From Candidatus Puniceispirillaceae bacterium (GTDB lineage Bacteria > Pseudomonadota > Alphaproteobacteria > Puniceispirillales > Puniceispirillaceae): a stretch of 64,000 nucleotides of DNA. Under the pieces are notes generated by a model. The model did no database searches, was not told the DNA's origin, and saw nothing but the letters and a program-made list of their open reading frames with translations. Of this stretch, positions 40,173 through 49,616 are shown piece by piece. The DNA lies in NCBI GenBank assembly GCA_049889795.1, contig JBMHCS010000003.1, positions 101,149 through 165,148 of the forward strand. Reading direction: 5' to 3'. The first letter of the stretch is position 1. The number at the start of each line of letters is the position of its first letter. A program made the position numbers and the translations under genes.

Positions 40173-41518
40173 TTGTCGACGGGCAGCCCTGACGGCACAG
40201 TGTCAGGCACCCCGAACAGTGGATTGCTGGTGCTTGCGCCGGTCAATGCACCCATGAAATCTACCAGCGCTGCCACTTCATCATCGGCAAGCGCACGCGG
40301 CGTGATATCGATTTTCGCCCGCACCCGTGCAATTTCAAATCTGTCCTGCCAGACCACAAAATCAATCGGGGCCAGCCAGGGCGCCGCGGGCAGTTGCGCA
40401 AAATCCTGCTGCCAGGCATCAAAGCTGCCCTGTGGATCGAGATGGTGCCGGATGATGCCTTCCAGGTCTGGATAGGCCCCATTATGCCCATAAGGCGCTG
40501 TCAGCGCGATATTGCGAAGTGACGGGGTGCGAAAACGATAGGCATCAGCCAGATCATCGGTTTCGCCCATACGGCCCACATCGCGTGTATAGGGGTCAAA
40601 CCGGCGGGTCCGTCCCGGACCAAATGGCGGTATCGCCAGCGCATGGAATTTCTGATCGGTCAGTAGAGCCCCGCTGTGGCAATCAGCACAGCCCGCCTTG
40701 CCATAGAACAGATTGGCACCACGTCGCTGCATCGGCGTCAGCGCCGTTTCGTCTCCTGTCAGAAACGCATCAAAGGGAGAATCATCCGATCGGAATTCGA
40801 TGGCAATAAACGCGGCCAGCGCCTCGCCAATATGGGCAATGGTGACCTCCTCGGCCGTGTCAATATCGTCAAAAGTCTCGACGAACATCTGGCCATATTC
40901 CGGAATTACTCGCACGCGCTTGGCGAGAATGGGCCAGACAGCATCAATCCGGTCATGCAAGGCGCCGGCCACCTCGTTCTCTTTTGGATTACCGGCCATC
41001 TCAAACTGTGCCGTCATGGGAAAGATAGCCTGTGTGCCCAAAACGGTTTCCAGACCATGTGGCAGCCATTCCTCGGCCGGTGTGTTGAACCCGTTATCGA
41101 AATCATCTGCAATCGCCAGCCGCCCGTCATGAAACAGGACGGTGAATTTCTTGGCCGCCAAATTCCACAAGGCGCTGGCATTGCGCGGCACGCGTTTGCG
41201 TATCCGCGACTCGCCGGACCCCGGATGCCGGTCTGGCCCAACACCGACACCGCCTTCACCAATGCCAAGCGATAATCCGTCCGTCCCACCAAACCGGTGG
41301 TGGTGGCAGGTGCCACAAGAAATATTTCGATTGCCGGAAAGAATCTTGTCGTAAAAAAGCAACTGTCCGATCTTGGCGCGCTGCATTGAAAAACTATGAT
41401 AATCTGCATCCGTCATCGGGGCAGGCAGCAGATGGGAACTGGCCGCGCCGGCAGCGGATGACACTGTGGCACCCAGCAGAAATACGAGAGCAGAAATTAC
41501 ATGAAACGTCTTTTGCAT
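40169..41518 (-). CDS. Di-heme cytochrome c peroxidase / MauG-superfamily protein
   Basis: Signal peptide; G..LFYD..LSG...ISCGTCH, GA.LFYGKAGCADCH, FRTPSLRN...TAPYGHNG. Confidence 0.9.
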   Translation of the reverse strand: MQKTFHVISALVFLLGATVSSAAGAASSHLLPAPMTDADYHSFSMQRAKIGQLLFYDKILSGNRNISCGTCHHHRFGGTDGLSLGIGEGGVGVGPDRHPGSGESRIRKRVPRNASALWNLAAKKFTVLFHDGRLAIADDFDNGFNTPAEEWLPHGLETVLGTQAIFPMTAQFEMAGNPKENEVAGALHDRIDAVWPILAKRVRVIPEYGQMFVETFDDIDTAEEVTIAHIGEALAAFIAIEFRSDDSPFDAFLTGDETALTPMQRRGANLFYGKAGCADCHSGALLTDQKFHALAIPPFGPGRTRRFDPYTRDVGRMGETDDLADAYRFRTPSLRNIALTAPYGHNGAYPDLEGIIRHHLDPQGSFDAWQQDFAQLPAAPWLAPIDFVVWQDRFEIARVRAKIDITPRALADDEVAALVDFMGALTGASTSNPLFGVPDTVPSGLPVDK

Positions 41519-42016
41519 CGCACAGCAACGGCCCCGTTTGTATCAATCGCCTTTATCTTGCATCTGACTCTTGCCATGACGCAACCGGCAGTTGCGGAAA
41601 TTGAGCACGCGCGTGATCTGATGGAAGCCAACCGCTTTGAAGAAGCCTACCGGGAGTTATGGCCAGCAGCGCGATCCGGCAACGCCGATGCCGAGGAGCT
41701 GATCGGTGTAATGTACGCAATGGGGCTTGGCGTCGAGCAGGATTACAGGCGTGCCTTTGAATGGTATCTGCGCTCGTCAATGAAAGGTCATCCAGGTGCG
41801 CAATCCGGTATTGGCTGGTACTATGAGGTTGGCCTTGGCATGCCGTCGCCCGATCTTGTGCGTGCATATATGTGGTACGTTCTTTCTGCCATAGGCGGCG
41901 ATCCCGACGCCGCGATCAGCCAGGAAGAAGTCATCAAGAAAATGACACCCGAGCAGATCAAAGAAGCGCATGAATTAATTGATGACTATCGTGTGTGGTT
42001 GTATCCCTTCCGGTAG
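41501..42016 (+). CDS. Secreted Sel1-repeat protein
   Basis: Signal-like N-terminus; GNADA...IG.MY..GLGVEQD..RAFEWY, GHPGAQ..IG.YY..G.G...D.VRAYMWY. Confidence 0.88.
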   Translation: MKRLLHRTATAPFVSIAFILHLTLAMTQPAVAEIEHARDLMEANRFEEAYRELWPAARSGNADAEELIGVMYAMGLGVEQDYRRAFEWYLRSSMKGHPGAQSGIGWYYEVGLGMPSPDLVRAYMWYVLSAIGGDPDAAISQEEVIKKMTPEQIKEAHELIDDYRVWLYPFR

Positions 42017-42020
42017 GTCG

Positions 42021-42725
42021 TCACACCTTGATCGGTTTGGCAAACCTCTTTGGGCGCCCTGTTTCCGGGTCATTGATCGGACCTGAAGAATATTGAGTGA
42101 CATAGGCTCTTCGCGGGAATGGCGTGATATTCTCACCTGATCGGTGGAGGGTGAGGCTAGAAAATGCGACAATGGTACCAGCGGCGCACTCGATAGGAAC
42201 GCCAGGGTCTTTACCAAAATAGCCGTTGAGTTCATTGGTTGCATCCTGCCACTCATGTGGGTCAACTTCGGGCAACAGATCAATGTTACGGGGCTGGATG
42301 TAGATGCAACCATTATCAACCGTTGCATCATCAAGGGCAATCCAGATGGTCAGATAAGCAGTATGGTCAAAACCGACATATGCACTGTCCTGATGCCAAG
42401 CAAAACTGGCACCTTCATCTGCCGCCTTCACAACGAATTGTTCGTTAAACAGCATTGCGTTCTGAACACCGCACGAAGTTGCAATGCAGCCAATAGTCTG
42501 GCCTGTAACAAAGTCCTCTAGTGCCGGGAAGTCAGCATGCCGGTGTCTCAGAAAGCGCCTTTTCTCGCCAAGACCGATTTTATGCGTTGTCCCACCACCA
42601 TCTTCGAACGGCTCGTTGAGCAATTCATCACAGACATGTCGTAAGGTGGCCAATTCGTTCTGTGACAGCGCCTGCTCAAACAGCACATAACCCTGTTCTC
42701 TATAAGTCTCACGAATATTTTTCAT
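42021..42725 (-). CDS. PhyH-family Fe(II)/2-oxoglutarate dioxygenase
   Basis: Y..QGY, FAWHQD (HxD), WIALDDAT..NGC, LHRSG.N....RRAY. Confidence 0.9.
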   Translation of the reverse strand: MKNIRETYREQGYVLFEQALSQNELATLRHVCDELLNEPFEDGGGTTHKIGLGEKRRFLRHRHADFPALEDFVTGQTIGCIATSCGVQNAMLFNEQFVVKAADEGASFAWHQDSAYVGFDHTAYLTIWIALDDATVDNGCIYIQPRNIDLLPEVDPHEWQDATNELNGYFGKDPGVPIECAAGTIVAFSSLTLHRSGENITPFPRRAYVTQYSSGPINDPETGRPKRFAKPIKV

Positions 42726-42817
42726 CAATTTTACTTCCTTGCTGGATCAAATGTTGATGTCATTATAGATCGTGTGACATCAAATTCTTTTCAGGAAAAT
42801 ATCAATTTATTGCAAAA

Positions 42818-43624
42818 ATGGTCGAATCAGCTCCCCATCCCGAAGTTGTTCCCGCCCCCGGCGGGTTGATGTGGCGCCGGTCCTGGCGCCGACGTCACGC
42901 TGCCGCACCCGAAGCTCATCAAGAACTGGTTGTCCTAATAGGCATCACTGGCAACGCGTCTTACCTGATTGATGGTGTCGTGCATGAGGTCAGACGTGGC
43001 ACACTTGTTTGGGCTCTTGCAGGACAGCAGCATTTTCTACTTTCGGAAAGTGCTGAATTTGATATGTGGGTGGTGCTTGTCTCCCGCCGTATCGTAACGC
43101 AGGACCCAGACATGCCACCACAGCACATTTCGGACACCGGCGCCGCATTACCGCCACGCGTTCTAACCGCCGAGGCCTTCGAAGCATTGCATACAATTGC
43201 CGTTGCACAAACAGACGCAACAACCATTTGCACCAAGGCGGCCGGTTTGCGCCTTTGGCTTGCCAAGGCCTGGGCGCAATGGCAAATAGCTGCTACTGAT
43301 GCTGGCCGCCACATCCACCCGGCTGTAAGCAGAGCGGCGCAAATCTGGCGTCAATACCCTGATCGAAATCTAAAGGCAGTCGCCCGCGACGCTGGCTTGT
43401 CACCCGGTAGGCTAGGCCGTCTGTTCAGAGCACAGATTGGAAAGGATGTTGTGACATATCGGACTGAACAGAAAATCAGACGGTTTGAAGCGATCAAAGC
43501 CCGATACCCTAGGCTGTCGCTTACGTCAGCGGCGCTTGATGCAGGATTTGGCAGTTACACCCAATTCTATCGGGCATGGCGCACTAGTTATGGCACACAT
43601 CCTAACGATCCAAAATTCAGGTAA
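42818..43624 (+). CDS. AraC-family regulator
   Basis: Cupin N-terminus (H.EL...GNASY...H); C-terminal A..AGLS..RL.RLF and ALDAGFGSY.QFYR HTH motifs. Confidence 0.88.
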   Translation: MVESAPHPEVVPAPGGLMWRRSWRRRHAAAPEAHQELVVLIGITGNASYLIDGVVHEVRRGTLVWALAGQQHFLLSESAEFDMWVVLVSRRIVTQDPDMPPQHISDTGAALPPRVLTAEAFEALHTIAVAQTDATTICTKAAGLRLWLAKAWAQWQIAATDAGRHIHPAVSRAAQIWRQYPDRNLKAVARDAGLSPGRLGRLFRAQIGKDVVTYRTEQKIRRFEAIKARYPRLSLTSAALDAGFGSYTQFYRAWRTSYGTHPNDPKFR

Positions 43625-43659
43625 AAAACGGTGTGCAGCGATTAAAAACGCTGCACACC
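43623..43659 (-). terminator. Intrinsic terminator after dctP
   Basis: ggtgtgcagcg-N8-cgctgcacacc, then g and a T6 run on the minus strand. Confidence 0.85.
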
Positions 43660-43671
43660 ATAGATGTTTGG

Positions 43672-44733
43672 TTAGTTGGTATCCGCCGAGCGTACACCGT
43701 TGATGGAAGCTTCCGCATCCGCCACAGATGCCACAAGGGCATCAAATGCAGCTGTTCCGCCATCTACATTTGACTTGAACCAGTCATATACCGGTGAAGC
43801 CGCTTCCTTAAAGGCAGCCTTTTCAGCGGGTGTCGGCACATAAAGATCGCCACCCCCGGCAACAAAGTCAGAATAGGCCTGAATAGACTTGCGCTTTGGC
43901 GAAGCAAATGTTGCCTGCTGGAGCTGATAGAAGCCATCGACAATAACGGTGCGCATTTCAGCTGGCATTGACATGAACTTATCATTGTTCATGAACCAAA
44001 GGGCGCCCATATAGGCATGGCCGTCGAGGGTTACATATTTCAGGCCGGCATCAGGAAACTTCATATTCATGATGTCAGTGATACCGTTCTTAGACCCTTC
44101 AACAACGCCTGTCTGGAAGCTTGTGAACAGCTCTGGCCACGGAATAGGTGTCGGTGACGCACCAAGCGCCCGCACCAATTCCTGAGGCAGGTCGGCAACA
44201 ACGGTCCGGATCTTTAGGCCGTCCATGTCACCCGGGTTCTGAACACGACGCTTTGTGTTCGCGAAGTTACGCCAGCCACCGGTGTTGCCGATGGTCATAA
44301 GGCGTATCGCACCGCCAGACTTTTCCGCAACCATGTCTTGCATGGTGGTTACAAATTGACTGCCATTGGAGAGCACAGCTTCGGCAACACGGTCATCGGC
44401 CATCAGGTAGGGCAGGTCCAAAACCTGGACAAAAGGGAAGAGGCCAGCAGTACCACCAGACGTCTGGATAACAACGTCGATCGTACCATCTGCGATACCC
44501 TGAAGACACTCAGTACCGTTTGAACAGAGTTGTGTACCGATGAATAATTCAACTGAAATTGCACCATTGGATGCACTCTCAACGTAATTTTTGAAAACTA
44601 CCAGACCGTCATAATCTTCGTCATTCTCATTCGAATTGGCAGTCGCCCGAATGGTAAAGTCAGCCGCTTGGGCTACGCCCGTAACAGCCATCATAGCGGC
44701 AATGAGCGCCGCCTTAAAAAACCCTGCTTTCAT
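43672..44733 (-). CDS. dctP: TRAP substrate-binding protein (probable sulfoquinovose/SQ-glycoside binding)
   Basis: Signal peptide; DLPYL, GWRNF, D..GLKIR, LGASPTPIPW.EL.TS.QTGVVEG..N; in the smoCB operon. Confidence 0.9.
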   Translation of the reverse strand: MKAGFFKAALIAAMMAVTGVAQAADFTIRATANSNENDEDYDGLVVFKNYVESASNGAISVELFIGTQLCSNGTECLQGIADGTIDVVIQTSGGTAGLFPFVQVLDLPYLMADDRVAEAVLSNGSQFVTTMQDMVAEKSGGAIRLMTIGNTGGWRNFANTKRRVQNPGDMDGLKIRTVVADLPQELVRALGASPTPIPWPELFTSFQTGVVEGSKNGITDIMNMKFPDAGLKYVTLDGHAYMGALWFMNNDKFMSMPAEMRTVIVDGFYQLQQATFASPKRKSIQAYSDFVAGGGDLYVPTPAEKAAFKEAASPVYDWFKSNVDGGTAAFDALVASVADAEASINGVRSADTN

Positions 44734-44757
44734 TTGGTTCCTCCCTAAATGCAAAGG

Positions 44758-46047
44758 TTAATCGACAAATCCTGTCAGTCGAGGAATTGTCATCGAAATT
44801 GCCGGAAAATACGTTATCAGGAAAATCGTGACGATTTCTACTGCCAGAAACGGCAATATGGCACGTGCAATATTTTCGATCCGCTCTCCGGACACGGATG
44901 ATGCTACAAACAACACCAATCCCATTGGCGGTGTGGCAAGGCCCACCGTCAAATTCACACTCATGATTATAGCAAAATGCACAGGGTCAATGCCCATGCT
45001 TACGAATATCGGCCCAAGGATAGGGCCAAGAATAATGATAGCCGGACCAGCATCTAAAAACATGCCTACAATAAATAGCAGTAGGTTAATCAAAAACAGG
45101 AGCATCAATGGATTTTCTGAAATCGAGAGAATGAACTCCGCCAGTATTTCGGGCGCATGGCTTAGGCTGACAACAGTCTTGAAGGCCATAGCAGCACCTA
45201 CCAGTAATAGCACCACGGCTGAGGTCAGTGCCGCACGGCCTAACACATCAGGTAGATCACCGGGCCGGATTGTACGCATTACAAACATCCCGATGACCAC
45301 CGCGTAGCCAACCGCCACCGCCGCCGCTTCCGTCGGCGTAAACACCCCGCCTAAAATGCCTCCCAGAATAATGACTGGCGTCATTAGTGGGAAAAAGGCC
45401 TTCAAACTGGCGCCTCCACGCTCGCGCCAGCTATAGCGGCGGGTCGCCACTGGAAAATCATAGCGATCCGCCATCCAGGTCACGGTCAGCATCAGCCCTA
45501 CTCCAACAAGGATGCCAGGCACGATCCCGGCAAGAAACAATGCGGCAACGCTTTCACCCATCACATAGGCATAGATGATCATTATGCCTGAAGGTGGAAT
45601 GATCGGGCCAATTACTGAACTTGCAGCAGTGATCGCTGCCGCAAATCTACGGGTATAACCCTGCTTTTCCATTGCAGGTATGAGCATGGATCCAAGGGCC
45701 GAGGTGTCGGCAACGGCCGAACCGGAAAGACCGGCAAACAGCATTGATGACAGGATATTCACATGTGCCAGACCACCACGCAGATGTCCCATCATCGCCT
45801 GGGCAAATTCCACCAGCCGCTCCGTGATGCGGCTTCGGTTCATCAATTCACCAGCCAGCATGAAGAACGGTATCGCCATCAACGGAAAGCTGTCCATGCC
45901 ATTATAGACATTTCGATATAACAGAGCTATGTCGCGTTCCTGCCCATTCAGCCAAAGTAAGAGCCCAGGCGCAGCAAGCAACGCAAACAATACCGGCAGG
46001 CCAAGCAGCAGGAACACCAGAAAGACGGGAAGGAACCAGATCAGCAT
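44758..46047 (-). CDS. dctM: TRAP large permease
   Basis: SFPLMAIPFFMLAG, FAGLSGSAVAD, IIPPS, GVFTPTEA, GLATPPMG. Confidence 0.95.
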   Translation of the reverse strand: MLIWFLPVFLVFLLLGLPVLFALLAAPGLLLWLNGQERDIALLYRNVYNGMDSFPLMAIPFFMLAGELMNRSRITERLVEFAQAMMGHLRGGLAHVNILSSMLFAGLSGSAVADTSALGSMLIPAMEKQGYTRRFAAAITAASSVIGPIIPPSGIMIIYAYVMGESVAALFLAGIVPGILVGVGLMLTVTWMADRYDFPVATRRYSWRERGGASLKAFFPLMTPVIILGGILGGVFTPTEAAAVAVGYAVVIGMFVMRTIRPGDLPDVLGRAALTSAVVLLLVGAAMAFKTVVSLSHAPEILAEFILSISENPLMLLFLINLLLFIVGMFLDAGPAIIILGPILGPIFVSMGIDPVHFAIIMSVNLTVGLATPPMGLVLFVASSVSGERIENIARAILPFLAVEIVTIFLITYFPAISMTIPRLTGFVD

Positions 46048-46634
46048 TATGTTGGCTCCGCCATTTTGGTGCCGGGTACCGGACGCAGCCGGTCATCACC
46101 GCCCATCAGCGACAAGACGGACCGCAAAATCAGCTCGACATTCACGCTGATCATCAGGCAGACCCCGACAAATAACGACATATACATCCAGGCCAGCTTC
46201 AGCTTTTGCGACTTCATACCAATGATCGACAGGGGAAGTCGCAGCGATGAGCTGGAAAACAACCAGCCAGAATTGACATGGTTCCACCCAAGCTGCGCGG
46301 CGATAACCAGCACGAGAAGTGACAGGCACAGCAATAGAATGGAAACAATCCTGACGGCCGGTGCCGGAAACAGCTCCAGCACCCCGGTAATGGCGACCAT
46401 GCCACCCTGGCGCAGCGCCACAGGTGCCATCAGCCCGGTCAGCCACAGCATCATGAAACGCGCTGCCTCATCCGGCCAGGGCAACGCATTGTTCAGGACA
46501 TAGCGGAAGAACACCTGCAAGAGGATGACAATCACCATAATGGCGATTGCCGCAACCGAGAGATTCCGGCCAATACGGCCGGCCCAGTCGTTGAACCATT
46601 CAAGCGGTTTCAATATCGTCAGCAAAAATGCCAT
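46047..46634 (-). CDS. dctQ: TRAP small permease
   Basis: QVFFRYVLN.AL.WPDEAARF.M.W. Confidence 0.92.
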   Translation of the reverse strand: MAFLLTILKPLEWFNDWAGRIGRNLSVAAIAIMVIVILLQVFFRYVLNNALPWPDEAARFMMLWLTGLMAPVALRQGGMVAITGVLELFPAPAVRIVSILLLCLSLLVLVIAAQLGWNHVNSGWLFSSSSLRLPLSIIGMKSQKLKLAWMYMSLFVGVCLMISVNVELILRSVLSLMGGDDRLRPVPGTKMAEPT

Positions 46635-46709
46635 GCGGCCGGCTGACCTCCTCCCTATATGTTAATGGCACGACAGGTTTGCCCTGTTCTACACCAAGCT
46701 TCCGTCTGG

Positions 46710-47600
46710 TCAGGGCACCTCTTCGCCAAGAGCTGCCGTGTAAATTTCGTACCATGTCTGGCGATCAATGGTCAGTGCGGCCGCCTTTTCAAAGCCTGCG
46801 ATACGTTCCAGATTGTTGGTGCCCATGACCGGAATGATCCGCGCGGGATGCGCCAGCAACCAGGCCACGGAGACCGACGTCACGTCACTATCCAGGCGCG
46901 CCGCCACCCCGGCAAGCGCATCATGGAGCGGCCTGTTGGCCGCGTCAAACAGGGTCCCGCCCGCCAGAGGCGACCAGGCCATTGGCAGCACGCCATGCTG
47001 CTGCAGATAGGCGATATCACCATTTGTGAACGGCGCATGATGCAACACGCTGATTTCGATCTGGTTGGTCACAATCGGTGTCTTCATCGCCGATTGCAGC
47101 AAATCTATATCCCACGGGCGGAAGTTGGATACACCGACCGCCCTGATCTTGCCGGACGATACAAGATCATCCAGCGCACCGCCGGTCTCGTGGTGATCCA
47201 TCATCGGATCGGGACGGTGGATGAGCAACAGGTCTATCTGGTCAATGCCCATCAACTGAAGCGAGGCATCGACCGAACTCGTGATATGGGCGCGTGATGT
47301 GTCATAATATTTGACCCGCGCCGCCGCATGCCGACCCGCCGGGGCAACAATATCGCATTTGGTGACAATTTCGATCTGGTCCCGCAGTCCGGTGCCGCGC
47401 AGCGCATTGCCAAGCACTTCTTCGGCCATGTATCCACCATAGATATCCGCCTGATCCATGGTGGTGATCCCCTGCGCAAGGCAGGATTCAATCTTGGCCT
47501 GCACATGGGCTGGCGAGGTGTCACTGTCATCGGCAAGTCGCCACATGCCATAAACAATCCGCGACATCGACAAATCTGTGCCAAGAGCAACCCGTTCCAT
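46710..47600 (-). CDS. smoB: Aldo/keto reductase, 6-oxo-glucose reductase-like
   Basis: SRIVYGMWRL, DQADIYG.Y, EIVTKC, LLIHRPDP, GVSNF, NQIE.S, MAWSPL.GG; TAATG overlap with smoC. Confidence 0.85.
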   Translation of the reverse strand: MERVALGTDLSMSRIVYGMWRLADDSDTSPAHVQAKIESCLAQGITTMDQADIYGGYMAEEVLGNALRGTGLRDQIEIVTKCDIVAPAGRHAAARVKYYDTSRAHITSSVDASLQLMGIDQIDLLLIHRPDPMMDHHETGGALDDLVSSGKIRAVGVSNFRPWDIDLLQSAMKTPIVTNQIEISVLHHAPFTNGDIAYLQQHGVLPMAWSPLAGGTLFDAANRPLHDALAGVAARLDSDVTSVSVAWLLAHPARIIPVMGTNNLERIAGFEKAAALTIDRQTWYEIYTAALGEEVP

Positions 47601-48757
47601 TATCGTCTTTCTCCTGCGGCGAGTGGTGTTGCCGGTGTGCTGGCCGGCACGCGCCCATAAATATCGGGAAGCGAGCAGCCTTTCAGATGCGGCATCACAA
47701 GTTTGCCAAAATGGGCACATTCCTCAATATGCGGATAGCCTGAAAGAATAAAGGCCCGAATGCCCATCTTCCGATACGCTTCCAGTTCCGACAGGATCTG
47801 GTCAGCTGACCCGACAAGCGCCGCCCCGCACCCCGAACGCGCACGCCCGACCCCGGTCCATAGATGCGGTTCGATGAACCCTTCCATATCCGCGATTTCG
47901 CGATTGCGCGACTGATGCGACACCCCCAGCGAAGTGCTGTCCAGCGCCCGCTCCCGGATCTCGGTGCCCTTATTATCATCCAGCTTTGAAACAAGCTCGG
48001 CTGCATATTCGCGCGCCTCGGCCTCGGTATCGCGCACAATGACATGGCAGCGCAGGCCGTAATCCAGTGTCCGTCCATAAGATGAAGCGCGTTCATGCAC
48101 GGCCTTCATGCGCGACTCAAGATCGGGTCTGGTTTCCGGCCACATCAGATAGACATCACAGAATTCACCGCACAGATCGAGCGCCGATGGCGAGTAGCCG
48201 CCGAAATAGAGGAGTGGCCCCCCATTCTGCTGATAGGGACGCGCCGGATCTGTGTTCAGCCCTTCAAACTGGTAAATCTCGCCATCATGGTTGATCTCAT
48301 CCTGCGACCAGGCCTGTTTGAGAATCTGCACCACTTCGCGCGAACGATGATAGCGATAGGCGCTTTCCTCGGTCTGGCCGGGAAAGTCAGAGCTGATAAT
48401 ATTGACTGTCAGCCGGCCTTCCAGCATGTGATCCAATGTCGCCAATGTGCGCGCCAGCATGATGGGTTGCATTTCTCCACACCGCACCGCCGCCAAAAGA
48501 TTGATTTTATGTGTCAGCGGGGCACATCCGGCAACAAAGGACAATGTGTCTTGCCCAACCTGATAGGATGACGGGCAGAGAATATTACCGAAACCCTGTG
48601 ATTCGGCTTCGCGCACGATGTCCGAACAATGTGCCCAGCTTGACCGTAATGATCCGTCCGGCACCCCGAGATAGCGATAATCATCCGAGCATAATGCCGC
48701 AAACCAGGCATATTCTGCAGCATCAAGATCCGGCGATGTAATTGGCACGACCGTCAC
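47600..48757 (-). CDS. smoC: Sulfoquinovose monooxygenase (LLM class)
   Basis: GTG start with GGAGAGG RBS; TVVP.TS.DLDAAE..WF.ALCSDDY.YLGVPDG.LRSS, CPSSYQVGQD, RARSGCGAALVG, PATPL..GER closely match Agrobacterium SmoC as I recall it. Confidence 0.92.
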   Translation of the reverse strand: MTVVPITSPDLDAAEYAWFAALCSDDYRYLGVPDGSLRSSWAHCSDIVREAESQGFGNILCPSSYQVGQDTLSFVAGCAPLTHKINLLAAVRCGEMQPIMLARTLATLDHMLEGRLTVNIISSDFPGQTEESAYRYHRSREVVQILKQAWSQDEINHDGEIYQFEGLNTDPARPYQQNGGPLLYFGGYSPSALDLCGEFCDVYLMWPETRPDLESRMKAVHERASSYGRTLDYGLRCHVIVRDTEAEAREYAAELVSKLDDNKGTEIRERALDSTSLGVSHQSRNREIADMEGFIEPHLWTGVGRARSGCGAALVGSADQILSELEAYRKMGIRAFILSGYPHIEECAHFGKLVMPHLKGCSLPDIYGRVPASTPATPLAAGERR

Positions 48758-48903
48758 CTGTCCGACCTCTCCTTTCAAAGGCAACCGCGCTGACGGCTGC
48801 GACATCTTTGTATTTGCGTATCAGGCGATAATAGGTAAATCAATAGTATATCAATTTACCTGATTGTTTGTCCTGCATCAGGATTTACCAGGAGCCGCTT
48901 TGC

Positions 48904-49605
48904 ATGTCCGATGCTGCCAGCCCACCCATTTACCAGCAAATTGCCGGCATGCTGCGCCGCGAAATCGCCGGCGGGCAACTCGTTGTCGGCCAGCCGCTGG
49001 CCCCGGAACGCCAGCTGGCAAAGCAGTTTGGCGTGTCTGTCGTGACGCTGCGCAAGGCACTGCACCTGCTGACGGAAGAGGGCATGCTGCGCCGCCGACA
49101 GGGATCGGGCAATTACGTCAGTGCGCGGGCCGACCCGGAACAGAAATACGGCTTTTTCCGGATCGAGACACTGGCGGGCGGCGGCTTGCCGACGGCGCAG
49201 ACACTGTCGGTTGACTATCAGCATCGACCAGCAGACATGCCGGATACCGGAACCGGCACCCATAGCTGGCGAATCAGGCGGCTGCGCTTTCTTGATTCGG
49301 TGCCGGCGGTGCTGGAGGATATTTGGCTGGACGCGGCCCGCGCATCCGATCTTGATGTCAGCATGCTGCCAGAATCGCTATATCACTTTTATCAGTCGCA
49401 GCTGGGATTCTGGATTTCCCGCACCGAAGACAGCGTCGGGGTCGGCGCTGTTCCCGACTGGGCACCTGCCAGATTTGCTCTTGAACCGGCAAGCCCATGT
49501 GGGGTAGTGGACCGCATTGCATGGGCGCAGGACGCAACGCCTGTCGAATATTCGCGAAGTTGGTTTAATCCCGCCATTGCACGCTATGTGGCGCGGCTGA
49601 TCTAG
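48904..49605 (+). CDS. smoD: GntR/HutC-family regulator (SmoD-like)
   Basis: P.YQQIA..LR, PER.LA..FGVS..TLRKAL, RRQGSGNYV, UTRA domain; divergent from smoC. Confidence 0.8.
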   Translation: MSDAASPPIYQQIAGMLRREIAGGQLVVGQPLAPERQLAKQFGVSVVTLRKALHLLTEEGMLRRRQGSGNYVSARADPEQKYGFFRIETLAGGGLPTAQTLSVDYQHRPADMPDTGTGTHSWRIRRLRFLDSVPAVLEDIWLDAARASDLDVSMLPESLYHFYQSQLGFWISRTEDSVGVGAVPDWAPARFALEPASPCGVVDRIAWAQDATPVEYSRSWFNPAIARYVARLI

Positions 49606-49616
49606 AAGAGGTGCTT

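Noticed and set aside
48836-48857. aatcaatagtatatcaattt as the SmoD operator
   Set aside because: The position between smoC and gntR is plausible, but the dyad is imperfect and single, so I did not list it as a feature.
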